Assembly (NCBI RefSeq): GCF_963921235.1
Contig: NC_086097.1
Location: 198,216,001-198,280,000, forward strand
Direction: 5' to 3'
Origin: Mobula hypostoma
Taxonomy: Eukaryota
Length of the DNA: 64,000 nucleotides
Positions 11,803-22,069 of the stretch are shown piece after piece. Below the pieces are notes generated by a model. It did not search any database and had not been told where the DNA came from. It saw nothing but the letters and a program-made list of their open reading frames with translations. A program made the translations under genes and the position numbers. Each line of letters opens with the position of its first letter. Position 1 is the first letter of the stretch.

Positions 11803-13020
11803 CTAGCGGAAGTTAGAGCAGTCAATGTTCATGCCATCAGGTTGGAGGCTACCCAGACGGAATATAAGGTGTTGTTCCTCCAACCTGAGTGTGGCTTCAT
11901 CTTTACAGTAGAGGAGGCCGTGGATAGACATGTCAGAATGGGAATGGGATGTGGAATTAAAATGTGTGGCCACTGGGAGATCCTGCTTTCTCTGGCGGAC
12001 AGATCGTAGATGTTCAGCAAAGCGGTCTCCCAGTCTGCGTCGGGTCTCACCAATATATAAAAGGCCACATCGGGAGCACCGGACGCAGTATATCACCCCA
12101 GTCGACTCACAGGTAAAGTGATGCCTCACCTGGAAGGACTGTTTGGGGCCCTGAATGGTGGTAAGGGAGGAAGTGTAAGGGCATGTGTAGCACTTGTTCC
12201 GCTTACACGGATAAGTGCCAGGAGGGAGATCAGTGGGGAGGGATGGGGGGGACGACTGGACAAGGGAGTTGTGTAGGGAGCGATCCCTGCGGAATGCAGA
12301 GAGAGGGGGGGAGGGAAAGATGTGCTTAGTGGTGGGATCCCGTTGGAGGTGGCGGAAGTTACGGAGAATAATATGTTGGACCCGGAGGCTGGTGGGGTGG
12401 TAGGTGAGGACCAGGGGAACCCTATTCCTAGTGGGGTGGTGGGAGGATGGAGTGAGAGCAGATGTACGTGAAATGGAGGAGATGCGTTTAAGAGCAGAGT
12501 TGATAGTGGAGGAAGGGAAGCCCCTTTCTTTAAAAAATGAAGACATCTCCCTCGTCCTAGAATGAAAAGCCTCATCCTGAGAGCAGATGCGGCGGAGACA
12601 GAGGAATTGCGAGAAGGGGATGGCGTTTTTGCAAGAGATAGGGTGAGAAGAGGAATAGTCCAGATAGCTGTGAGAGTCAGTAGGCTTATAGTAGATATCA
12701 GTGGATAAGCTGTCTCCAGAGACAGAGACAGAAAGATCTAGAAAGGGGAGGGAGGTGTCGGAAATAGACCAGGTAAACTTGAGGGCAGGGTGAAAGTTGG
12801 AGGCAAAGTTAATAAAGTCAACGAGTTCTGCATGCGTGCAGGAAGCAGCGCCAATGCAGTCGTCGATATAGCGAAGGAAAAGTGGGGGACAGATACCAGA
12901 ATAGGCACGGAACATAGATTGTTCCACAAACCCAACAAAAAGGCAGGCATAGCTAGGACCCATACGGGTGCCCATAGCTACACCTTTAGTTTGGAGGAAA
13001 TGGGAGGAGCAAAAGGAGAA
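11803..13020 (-). CDS. Penelope-like (probably Neptune-type) ORF, 5'-truncated but uninterrupted: RT C-terminal half, Cys linker, GIY-YIG endonuclease
   Basis: QTKGVAMGTRMGPSYA, FLRYIDD, LPFLDL, IYYKPTD..YLDYSSSHP, CKRNKCYTC linker, GVIYCVRCSRCGLLYIGET..RL.DRFAEH, and C-terminal QPDGMN. Confidence 0.92.
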   Translation of the reverse strand, partial: FSFCSSHFLQTKGVAMGTRMGPSYACLFVGFVEQSMFRAYSGICPPLFLRYIDDCIGAASCTHAELVDFINFASNFHPALKFTWSISDTSLPFLDLSVSVSGDSLSTDIYYKPTDSHSYLDYSSSHPISCKNAIPFSQFLCLRRICSQDEAFHSRTREMSSFFKERGFPSSTINSALKRISSISRTSALTPSSHHPTRNRVPLVLTYHPTSLRVQHIILRNFRHLQRDPTTKHIFPSPPLSAFRRDRSLHNSLVQSSPPSLPTDLPPGTYPCKRNKCYTCPYTSSLTTIQGPKQSFQVRHHFTCESTGVIYCVRCSRCGLLYIGETRRRLGDRFAEHLRSVRQRKQDLPVATHFNSTSHSHSDMSIHGLLYCKDEATLRLEEQHLIFRLGSLQPDGMNIDCSNFR

Positions 13021-14249
13021 ACTCTTAATAATTTCTCCTTTTGCTCCTCCCATTTCCTCCAAACTAAAGGTGTAGCTATGGGCACCCGTATGGGTCCTAG
13101 CTATGCCTGCCTTTTTGTTGGGTTTGTGGAACAATCTATGTTCCGTGCCTATTCTGGTATCTGTCCCCCACTTTTCCTTCGCTATATCGACGACTGCATT
13201 GGCGCTGCTTCCTGCACGCATGCAGAACTCGTTGACTTTATTAACTTTGCCTCCAACTTTCACCCTGCCCTCAAGTTTACCTGGTCTATTTCTGACACCT
13301 CCCTCCCCTTTCTAGATCTTTCTGTCTCTGTCACTGGAGACAGCTTATCCACTGATATCTACTATAAGCCTACTGACTCTCACAGCTATCTGGACTATTC
13401 CTCTTCTCACCCTGTCTCTTGCAAAAACGCCATCCCCTTCTCGCAATTCCTCTGTCTCCGCCGCATCTGCTCTCAGGATGAGGCTTTTCATTCTAGGACG
13501 AGGGAGATGTCTTCATTTTTTAAAGAAAGGGGCTTCCCTTCCTCCACTATCAACTCTGCTCTTAAACGCATCTCCTCCATTTCACGTACATCTGCTCTCA
13601 CTCCATCCTCCCACCACCCCACTAGGAATAGGGTTCCCCTGGTCCTCACCTACCACCCCACCAGCCTCCGGGTCCAACATATTATTCTCCGTAACTTCCG
13701 CCACCTCCAACGGGATCCCACCACTAAGCACATCTTTCCCTCCCCCCTCTCTCTGCATTCCGCAGGGATCGCTCCCTACACAACTCCCTTGTCCATTCGT
13801 CCCCCCCATCCCTCCCCACTGATCTCCCTCCTGGCACTTATCCGTGTAAGCGGAACAAGTGCTACACATGCCCTTACACTTCCTCCCTTACCACCATTCA
13901 GGGCCCCAAACAGTCCTTCCAGGTGAGGCATCACTTTACCTGTGAGTCGACTGGGGTGATGTACTGCGTCCGGTGCTCCCGATGTGGCTTTTTATATATT
14001 GGTGAGACCCGACGCAGACTGGGAGACCGCTTTGCTGAACATCTACGCTCTGTCCGCCAGAGAAAGCAGGATCTCCCAGTGGCCACACATTTTAATTCCA
14101 CATCCCATTCCCATTCTGACATGTCTATCCACGGCCTCCTCTACTGTAAAGATGAAGCCACACTCAGGTTGGAGGAACAACACCTTATATTCCGTCTGGG
14201 TAGCCTCCAACCTGATGGCATGAACATTGACTTCTCTAACTTCCGCTAG
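13021..14249 (+). pseudogene. Second copy of the PLE RT/GIY-YIG ORF with a 1-nt frameshift
   Basis: Mirror of the left arm. The C-run at ~13742-13747 has 6 C versus 7 in the left arm, splitting ORFs 12790-13926 and 13923-14249. Confidence 0.9.
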
Positions 14250-14540
14250 GCCCCACCTCCCCCTCGTACCCCAGCTGTTACTCATTTTTATGCACACATT
14301 CTTTCTCTCACTCTCCTTTTTCTCCCTCTGTCCCTCTGAATATACCTCTTTCCCATCCTCTGGGTCACCCCCCCCGTCTTTCTCCCTAGGCCTCCTGTCC
14401 CATGATCCTCTCGTATCCCCTTTTGCCTATCACCTGTCCAGCTCTCGGCTCTATCCCTCCCCCTCCTGTCTTCTCCTATCATTTTGCATCTCCCCCTCCC
14501 CCTCCAGCTTTCAAATCCCTTACTCACTCTTCCTTCAGTT

Positions 14541-14576
14541 AGTCCTGACGAAGGGTCTCGGCCTGAAATGTCGACT
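14541..14576 (+). ncRNA. Minimal type-I hammerhead ribozyme motif
   Basis: agtc CTGACGA a ggg tctcgg cct GAAA t GTC gact. Confidence 0.75.
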
Positions 14577-14672
14577 GCGCCTCTTCCTATAGATGCTGCT
14601 TGGCCTGCTGCGTTCACCAGCAACTTTGATGTATGTTGCTTGAATTTCCAGCATCTGCAGAATTCCTGTTGT

Positions 14673-16325
14673 TTGCTTCCATTGAATGCTCCTGTTTTTA
14701 TATATAATGATATTACATTTAGAATTGTGAATTCTTTTAAATATTTAGGTACTATCATTACTAAAAATATAAAGATCTTTATAAAGCTAATGTAGTTCCT
14801 TTAATGGACTCTATGAAACAATTATTTTCTAGATGGAACCCACTTATGCTTTCTTTAATAGGTCGTATTCATGCCGTGAAAATGATGATTTTACCTAGGT
14901 TTTTATATATTTTTCAAAATATACCTATCTTTTTAACTAAAAATGTTTTTGATCAAATTGATTCTATTATTTCGTCCTTTATTTGGAATAATAAAAAACC
15001 AAGGATTAATAAGTATCATTTACAAAGACCTAAAAAAGATGGTGGAATTGCACTACCTGTTTGTATTATTGGGCTGTTAACATTCGACAATTATGTTTTT
15101 GGCTACATTGGCTCGATAAGAGCCAAAAACCAGCTTGGATTGATTTCAAATTAAAAGTTATCAAACAACTTCATTTAACCTCATTATTAGGAGCTCCATT
15201 ACCTTTACAACTTGCTAAAATTCCAGATTTAAATCTCTACCCTGTTATTAAATAGTCCTTACGGATTTGGTTTCTGTTTCGCAACTCTTGTAATTTTAAA
15301 CAATTTAAATTGTCTAGCTCCTTATATCAAAATTTTCTGTTTAAACCATCAATAGCCGATCCCATTTTTCTCTTATGGAGAAATAACGGGATCTGTTCTT
15401 TTGCAGATTTATTTTGTGATGGTCAATTGATGACTTTTGAAGACTTAATTAGTAAATATTCTCTCTCTCAGACACATTTCTTGTGATATTTTCAGGTTAG
15501 ACATTTTTTACAAAAATACTTACCTAAGTTTCCATATATGCAAGAATCTGATTTGTTGGATACTATTTTAAATATGAATCTTTTAGTAAGAGGTTCTATT
15601 GGTAGAATTAACCTCTCACTAGAGATTAAACAAGATTGGGAGAGAGAACTTAATATGACCTTTGTTAATGAAGATTGGTTGTGAGTTTTGAAAATGATCA
15701 ATTCTTCTTCGATATGTGCCAATCACTGTTTAATTCAATTTAAAATTGTTCACCGTTATTATTTAACAAAGGAGAGACTATCCAAAATATTTCCTAACAT
15801 AGACAACTATTGTGATAGGTGTAAAACTGAAATTGCCACTTTGTCACATATGTTCTGGTCATGTTCTTCATTAAAATCTTTTTGGAAATCTTTATTTTCT
15901 ACAATTTCTAAAGCTCTGAAAATTAATTTACAATCTAATACATTGATTGTCTTATTTGGAATAGTTCCGCATCATATCCAGGGTATTTCATCTTCAGACC
16001 AACATGTAATTGCATTTGTCACATTGTTGGCAAGAAGGGCTATTTTATTGAAATGGAAAGATACCTCTGTTCCTACATTAATTCAACGGTTTTCTCAAAT
16101 AATGTTATGTCTTAGCTTGGAAAAAATTAGAAGTAGAACTTTTGATCCTTGATTCGATTTTGAGAGAAGATGGGGCTCGTTTGCCAAATATTATCATTTA
16201 ATTTAAATTAATTATATATATAGATGATTGTAAGACGTATTGGTCTGGGAGTTGGTTCCTAATGGTCTTTTTTTTCCTCTCTTTTTTTTCTTTTTCTTTC
16301 TCTTGTAGTTACTGTTTTTTTTCTT
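14673..16325 (+). pseudogene. L1/Tx1-clade ORF2 remnant, 3' part with CCHC zinc knuckle and T-rich 3' UTR
   Basis: FKYLG, LSLIGRIHAVKMMILPRFLYIFQ, KKDGGIALP, YYWA and CDRCKTEIATLSHMFWSC. Confidence 0.9.
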
Positions 16326-16639
16326 TTAGTAGTTGGCGACAAATTAGGAACAGCTTTATAAATGATAAAATTTTAATATCTCACCAATCCAAACCACCTC
16401 GTTCCGATGTTTAAATTTAGGACAATACTAACATTACAAAGTGTGACATGCACAAAATTTCACAAAGTATATTTAATCTAAATTCCACGTATAAACATCA
16501 AAGGTAATAACATTAGTGTACTTCTGCAAGCTTTATATTCTTGATATTCTGACTGATTTCATGTTACCTCCACTGTTAAATTGTAATTTATTATTGTTTT
16601 GTGAAATAAAACAAAGGCTCCTACACTTCTTTCACTTAG

Positions 16640-16706
16640 CTGGAGATAATGGACTTGGCATCTTTTGAAGATGTGGTTCTTTGGATCCCAGTGCTTTCAA
16701 AGACTG
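16640..16706 (+). CDS. Candidate host exon (LEIMDLASFEDVVLWIPVLSKT)
   Basis: Acceptor cttctttcacttag; only one open frame; weak donor ctg|gtacat; non-repetitive context. Confidence 0.35.
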
Positions 16707-16999
16707 GTACATGTCAATAGGCACGATTTTCATTTTATCGTTACCTCATCGTACTTGAACATCGTTACCTCATTGATCATAGAACAGTACAGCATAGGAA
16801 CAAACTCTTCAGCCCACAATATTGTACTGAGCTAATTCAGTAGTTTTATAGATGAATCCCCTGCCTATCTTTCTTCATAGTCTATCTACACCTTGAATCT
16901 AACTTTACACCAACCACTCCATCATCTGACCTATCAGACTGGTTCCCATCCCCTTGTCAACCTAGTTTAAATCCTCTGCGAGGTGTTCTACACATCCAT

Positions 17000-18350
17000 G
17001 AAGAACAGGAGGATGACTCGAATGAGGGTAGGACTGACCAGGGATAAAACAGGAAACGTGCCTGGAGTTAGGGAACATAGTGGAGAACCTTAATGAATAT
17101 TTTGCTTCAGTATTCACCAGTGAGAGAGATCTTGACGAATGTGAGGACAGCATAAAACAGGCGGATATGCTGAAACATGTCAATGTTAAGAAATAGGATG
17201 TTCTGGAACTTTTGAAAAAATATTAGGATAGGTAAGTCCCCACGGCTGAATAGGATATACACCACGTTACTGTGGGAAGTGAGAGAAGAGATTGCTGCAC
17301 CTTTGTTGATGACCCTTACATCCTTCCGGCCACAGAAGTAGGACTAGAAGATTGGATTTTGACAAATGTTAATCCCTTGTTCAAGAAAGGGAGTAGGGAT
17401 CAAGCAAGGAATTATAAAAAAGTGAGAGTTACATCAGTGGCTGGAAAAGTACTGACCAAAAATTAAAGTAACAGTTTTATAGGCATTTGGGGAAGCACAG
17501 AAGGGTTTGGTGTGTTGGCCTTCATTAGTTAGGGGACTGAGTTCAAGAACCGCAAGATAATGTTGCAGCTCTATAAAACTGTGGTTAGACTACACTTGGA
17601 TTATTGTGTTTAGTTCTGGTCACCTCATTTTAAGAAGTATGTGGATGCTTTAGAGAGGGTTGCAGAGGAGTTTTACCAGTATGCTAACTGGACTAGTGAG
17701 CATATCTTATGAGGAAAGGTTGAAAGAGATAGGGTTTTATCGTTTGGAGCAAAGGAGGATGAGAGGTGATATAGGAAGATAAAGGGCATTGTTAGAGTGA
17801 ACAGCCAACACTTTTTTCTCAGGGCAGAAATGATTATTAAGGGAGGACCCAACTTTAAAGTAATTAAAGAAAAGCACAGGATGATGTCAGAGACAAAGGA
17901 ATTCCAAGCAACACACACAAAATGCTGGAGGAACACAGCAGGCCAGGCAGCATCTATGGAAAAGGGTATATTCGACGTTTCGGGCTGGTCCAGTCCTGCT
18001 AGAGGGTTTCAGCCAAAAATGTTGACTGCACTCTTTTCTGTAGATGCTGCCTGACCTGCTGAGTTCCTCCAGCATTTTTTGGGTGATGTCAGAGGTTTGT
18101 TTTTTTACTCAGAGTGGTAGGTGATTGGAACGTGCTGCCAAGTGTAGAGGCAGATATAAGACCATAAGGCATAAGAGCAAAATTAGGCCATTCAACCCAT
18201 TATGATACATTAGAGACATTTAGAAGACTTTTAGGTAGGCATATGGATGAAAAGAAAAGGGCTATGTGGGACGGAACCAATAGACTGGTTTTGGAATAAC
18301 TTAAAAAGTCGGCACAATATCATGGTTGAAGGGCTTATACTGTTCTATGT
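17000..18350 (+). mobile_element. Decayed CR1 ORF2 fragments and 3' end
   Basis: LNEYFASVFT, NVNPLFKKGSRD..RNY and CV*FWSPH motifs; CR1 3' UTR ending tgttctatgt. Confidence 0.8.
17893..18080. mobile_element. Short fold-back PLE tail insertion in CR1
   Basis: Reverse then forward PLE tails meeting at degenerate hammerheads. TSD ggatgatgtcagag (17879-17892) / gggtgatgtcagag (18081-18094). Confidence 0.85.
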
Positions 18351-18386
18351 CCTGAGCAGGTCGGGCAGCATCCGTGGAAAAGATTG

Positions 18387-18420
18387 GTCGACGTTTCGGG
18401 CCGGAACCCTTCGTCAGGAC
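18387..18420 (-). ncRNA. Minimal hammerhead ribozyme motif
   Basis: Reverse complement reads gtc CTGACGA a ggg ttccgg ccc GAAA c GTC gac. Confidence 0.8.
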
Positions 18421-19121
18421 TGTAGGGGGAAGCGGTAGAGGCCCTATAAAGAAGGTGGGGGGACGGTGGGAAGGAGAATGCTGGTAGGTTCCAGGTGAAA
18501 ACCAGTAAGGGGAAAGATAAAGGGGTGGGGGAGGGGGGCAAGGAGGTAATAGGCAGGAAAGGTGAAGAAAGAATAGGGGAAAACACAATGGGTAATAGAA
18601 GGAGGCGGAGCCAAGAGGGAGGTAGTAGGCAGCTGGGGGAGGGGGCAGAGTGACATAGGGATGGGGGAAGGGAGGGGGAGGGAATTACCGGAAGTTGGAG
18701 AATTCTATGTTCATACCAAGGGGCTGGAGACTACCTAGATGGTATATGAGGTGTTGCTCCTCCAACCTGAGTTTAGCCTCATCATGGCAGTAGAGGAGGC
18801 CATGTATGGACATATCTGAATGGGAGTGGAAAGCAGAGTTTAAGTGGGTGGCTACTGGGAGATCCTGTCTATTGTGGCAGACGGAGCGGAGGTGCTTGAC
18901 AAAGCAGTCCCCCAATCTGTGTCAGGTTTCATCAACGTAGAGGAGGCCGCACCGGGAGCACCGGATGCAATAGATGACCCCAACAGACACACAAGTGAAG
19001 TGTTGCCTTCCCCCACCCCTTTATCTTTCCCCTTACTGGTTTTTCACCTGGAATTTACCAGCCTTCTCCTTCCCATCCTCCCCCCACCTTCTTTATAGGG
19101 CCTCTGCCCCTTCCCCCTACA

Positions 19122-19155
19122 GTCCTGACGAAGGGTTCTGGCCCGAAACGTCGAC
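19122..19155 (+). ncRNA. Minimal hammerhead ribozyme motif
   Basis: gtc CTGACGA a ggg ttctgg ccc GAAA c GTC gac. Confidence 0.8.
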
Positions 19156-20368
19156 CGATCTTTTCCACGGATGCTGCCCGACCTGCTGAGTTCCTCCAGC
19201 GTGTTGTGAGTGTTGCTTTGACCCCAGCATCTGCAGATTATTTTGTGTTTACTGTTCTATGTTCTGTTTTCTAACTGGATTAATAATCAAATGCCCAATT
19301 AAACTAATCCCTTTTGCCCATATGATGTCCAAATTCCTTCATTTCCTGCGAATTTGTGTGCTTGTCTAAAAGCCGCTGGAACACCCTGGTCATATTTGCC
19401 TCCACCACCTACCCAGGTGATGAATTCTAGGCATTCACCACTCCCTGTAAAAAGAACTTGCCCCATACATCTCCTTTGAACTCACCCCCAATAAACTTGA
19501 CTGGAGAATAAACTCAATGACTTGAGATCATCTTACTTTGTCAAGATGTGGAAAGGTGGCCAAGCTGTCTTCTGAGCTTGTACTATAAATAGATTTCAGG
19601 CTTATGATCACTTCTTCTTATTGCTGTTAAAGGTGTTTGTAATGGCTTTTTAATGTCTCTGTCAGATACATTTATAAATCATATAAATAGAACATAGAAA
19701 AAGATAAGAATCTATAAAAACTAAAAAAACTTCTATTAAAATAGCATAATGTGAAAGCAAACTATTAAAAACATAAAAAAGTATATAAAAAAGTAAATGA
19801 CTTATCTATACTTGTAATAACTTTTTGTCCACAGCATTAGTGAACCATTCAATTGGATGGGGTCACTAATCTTACCCTGGGTAGGGTGGATAACTCTGAT
19901 GCTTCCTTACACCATGTTATTGTTCCAATGCTGGACTCTGTGGTAATGTTCTGGTACCTGGCCTTCTACTCCTCTGACTTCAGACTTCCACCCTGGATTG
20001 TGTGTGCATGGAAGTCCAGGATAGGCTGATCAGAAAGTTGCAGTTTGCCAGGCTAAACTGTTTGGTGAAGTGTATCAAGTGAAGTGGTTCAGGCTTTGAT
20101 TAACTCAAAACTTGAGATGACATGAGGATCACCTGCTTTATGCAATGCGATTAGTATTTAAGACACATTTCCTGATGGGATGGTGAAAACAAGAATTGCA
20201 TTCAAAAGCTTCGAACTCACTTTGAATGTTTCTGTCCTTCTGAAAGGTTACATGTCTAACAGGTCTGCTCAGAAGTGCCAAACAAGAATTTTATGTTCAA
20301 ATCTCTACAACAGGACTTAAAGCCATAATCTTCTGCCTCAGTGTCAACAGTGCCACATACAACTGCAG

Positions 20369-20922
20369 CAGAGTGGCCTCTTTATTAGGTACACTTATAC
20401 ATCTGCTTGTTAATGTGAATATCTAATCAGCCAATCATGTAGCAGCAGCTCCATGCATAAAAGCATGCAGATGTGGTCGAGATGTTCAGTTGTTCAGACT
20501 AAACATCAGAATGGGGGAGAAATGTGATGTGAGTGAGTGATTGTTGGTGCCAAACGGGGTGGTTTGGGTATCTAAGAAACTACTGATCTCCTGGGATTTT
20601 TATGCACAACAGTCCCTAGAATTTACAGAGAATGATGTGAAAAACAAACATAAAAACATCCAGTGAGCAGCAGTTCTGTGGGTGAAAATGCTTTGTAAAT
20701 GAGAGAGGTCAGAGGAGAGTGGCCAGTTAGACTCAAGCTGACAGAAAGGTGACAGTTCCTTAAATACTGTTGTGTTACAACAGCGGTGTGCAGAAGAGCA
20801 TCTCTAAATGTACAACACATCAAACCTTGAAGTGGATGGGCCACAGTAGCAGGAGACCATGACTCTACACTCATAGGTTTTATTAGGTACAGGAGATACC
20901 TAATAAAGTGGCCACTGGGTGT
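20369..20922 (+). mobile_element. Non-autonomous Tc1/mariner-derived element
   Basis: Terminal inverted repeats agtggcctctttattaggta / tacctaataaagtggccact. Internal remnant RGQRRVA...QADRKVTV...YNSGVQKSISKCTT..TLKWMGHSSRRP resembles the Tc1 transposase HTH region. Confidence 0.75.
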
Positions 20923-21911
20923 GTATAGGTAATTCTATCCATATTCAGTGCATCATAATTTGATTACTTTGACAAATAAATAGATCAAGACTACTATTGT
21001 AAAAACAAGATTGATATATAATTTGGTAAAATTAAGTCACATTCAACTTGCCAATCTCAGAAATCAACATAAAAATAGTGCCCACTTGCTTTGTGAGACA
21101 CTAGTAAAATATTTTTCATAGGTTTTAATAGTGATTCCTGCTGCAAGCCGATAAAAAAATTGTGGTCTGTATACATGATCGGAATGTACTGTTGACAAGT
21201 GCCTATTGTTGTGAAAATGGCACTTCTGCTGATGTTTCTCAGCCAGGGTAAATTGATTTTGTGTAGGAGAATGAGTAGTCACTGTTCTTGTGTTTAACAA
21301 AGTCTACTTCAAAGCATTTCTTGGGGAGGGAGCTGGTGTAGTGGTGTAGTGGTGTACTGTGCTCAAAGGTCACACAATCACAGTTTAAACACAGAAGGAA
21401 GCCATTGGGCTTGTGAGGTATTAACTAGCTCTATGCAAGAAAATCAGCCTGTCCAAATACCCTGTCATGGTTTCCTTTCACTTTCCCTTCGAAGGCTACA
21501 ATTGAATCTCTCCTCTGCCACAATATTTAGCAGTGCATTCCAGACCCTACACATTCATTTTATAAATGCTTTCCTTAATAAATAATGGTAGTGAAAATAG
21601 CTCTTTGCTCATTATAGGCAGAAGGAGGAACAAAAATAGATGAAGTCTGCGAATAAGTCCCCTTAAAGATCAGCATGGCCATCTGTGTGTGGAAAGAAAT
21701 GAAATAGGTGACATTTTAAATTAATTAAATCTTCAGATTTACTGTGCAGAAAATGATAGAGTCTAAAGAAAATGAGAGGAAATGGGGAAAATAGGAGTTT
21801 GAACCGTGGCAAATCAGTGAATGAGAGTGCGAGAAGAAGAGGCAACTTCACACGGCTGTGTTTGAAGAGTAAAATAACAGCACTTCGTGGCAGTTTTTGG
21901 AGTTTGAACAA

Positions 21912-22065
21912 CTCCTCCCTCCTCCCTCCTCCCCCTCTCCCCCTCTCCCCCTCTCCCCCTCTCCACCTCCCCTCCCCCTCCCCCTCTCCCCCTCTCTCCC
22001 CCCTCTCCCCCTCACTCCCCCCTCCCTCTTTCTTCCCACTCTCTCTTCTTCCCTTCCTCTTTCCT
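21912..22065. repeat. Polypyrimidine (C/T) low-complexity tract
   Basis: Imperfect (ctccccct)n run. Confidence 0.9.
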
Positions 22066-22069
22066 TGTC

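Larger units (their letters stand above)
11427..14672. mobile_element. Palindromic tail-out Penelope-like element insertion with 14-bp TSD
   Basis: Inverted arms 11425-13021 and 13032-14626 with spacer ctcttaataa. TSD ttgcttccattgaa at 11413-11426 and 14673-14686. The host L1 reading continues across the site (…SELLPL / LLPLNAPVF…FKYLG). Confidence 0.95.
18351..19249. mobile_element. Asymmetric fold-back PLE (second subfamily): minus arm with GIY-YIG C-terminus, plus arm 3' UTR only
   Basis: Minus ORF GDCFVKHLRSV...EEQHLIYHLGSLQPLGMNIEFSNFR; plus arm ~19008-19249. Direct repeat tactgttctatgt at 18338-18350 and 19250-19262. Confidence 0.9.

Noticed and set aside
12790..13263. Identical N-termini MKVGGKVNKVNEFC... 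on the 486-aa (minus) and 378-aa (plus) ORFs, suggesting a novel bidirectional gene
   Set aside because: The first ~77 codons are just the antisense of the opposite arm's RT region, read through the palindrome centre from a GTG. This follows from the symmetry and is not evidence of a real N-terminal domain.
11425..14626. Palindrome as a sequencing or assembly fold-back artefact
   Set aside because: The arms carry multiple differences, the host L1 continues collinearly on both sides with a 14-bp TSD, and smaller fold-backs of the same design recur. An artefact is unlikely, though not formally excluded without reads.
19633..19697. Possible exon GVCNGFLMSLSDTF after ttgctgttaaag
   Set aside because: No convincing donor before the stop codon; insufficient support.
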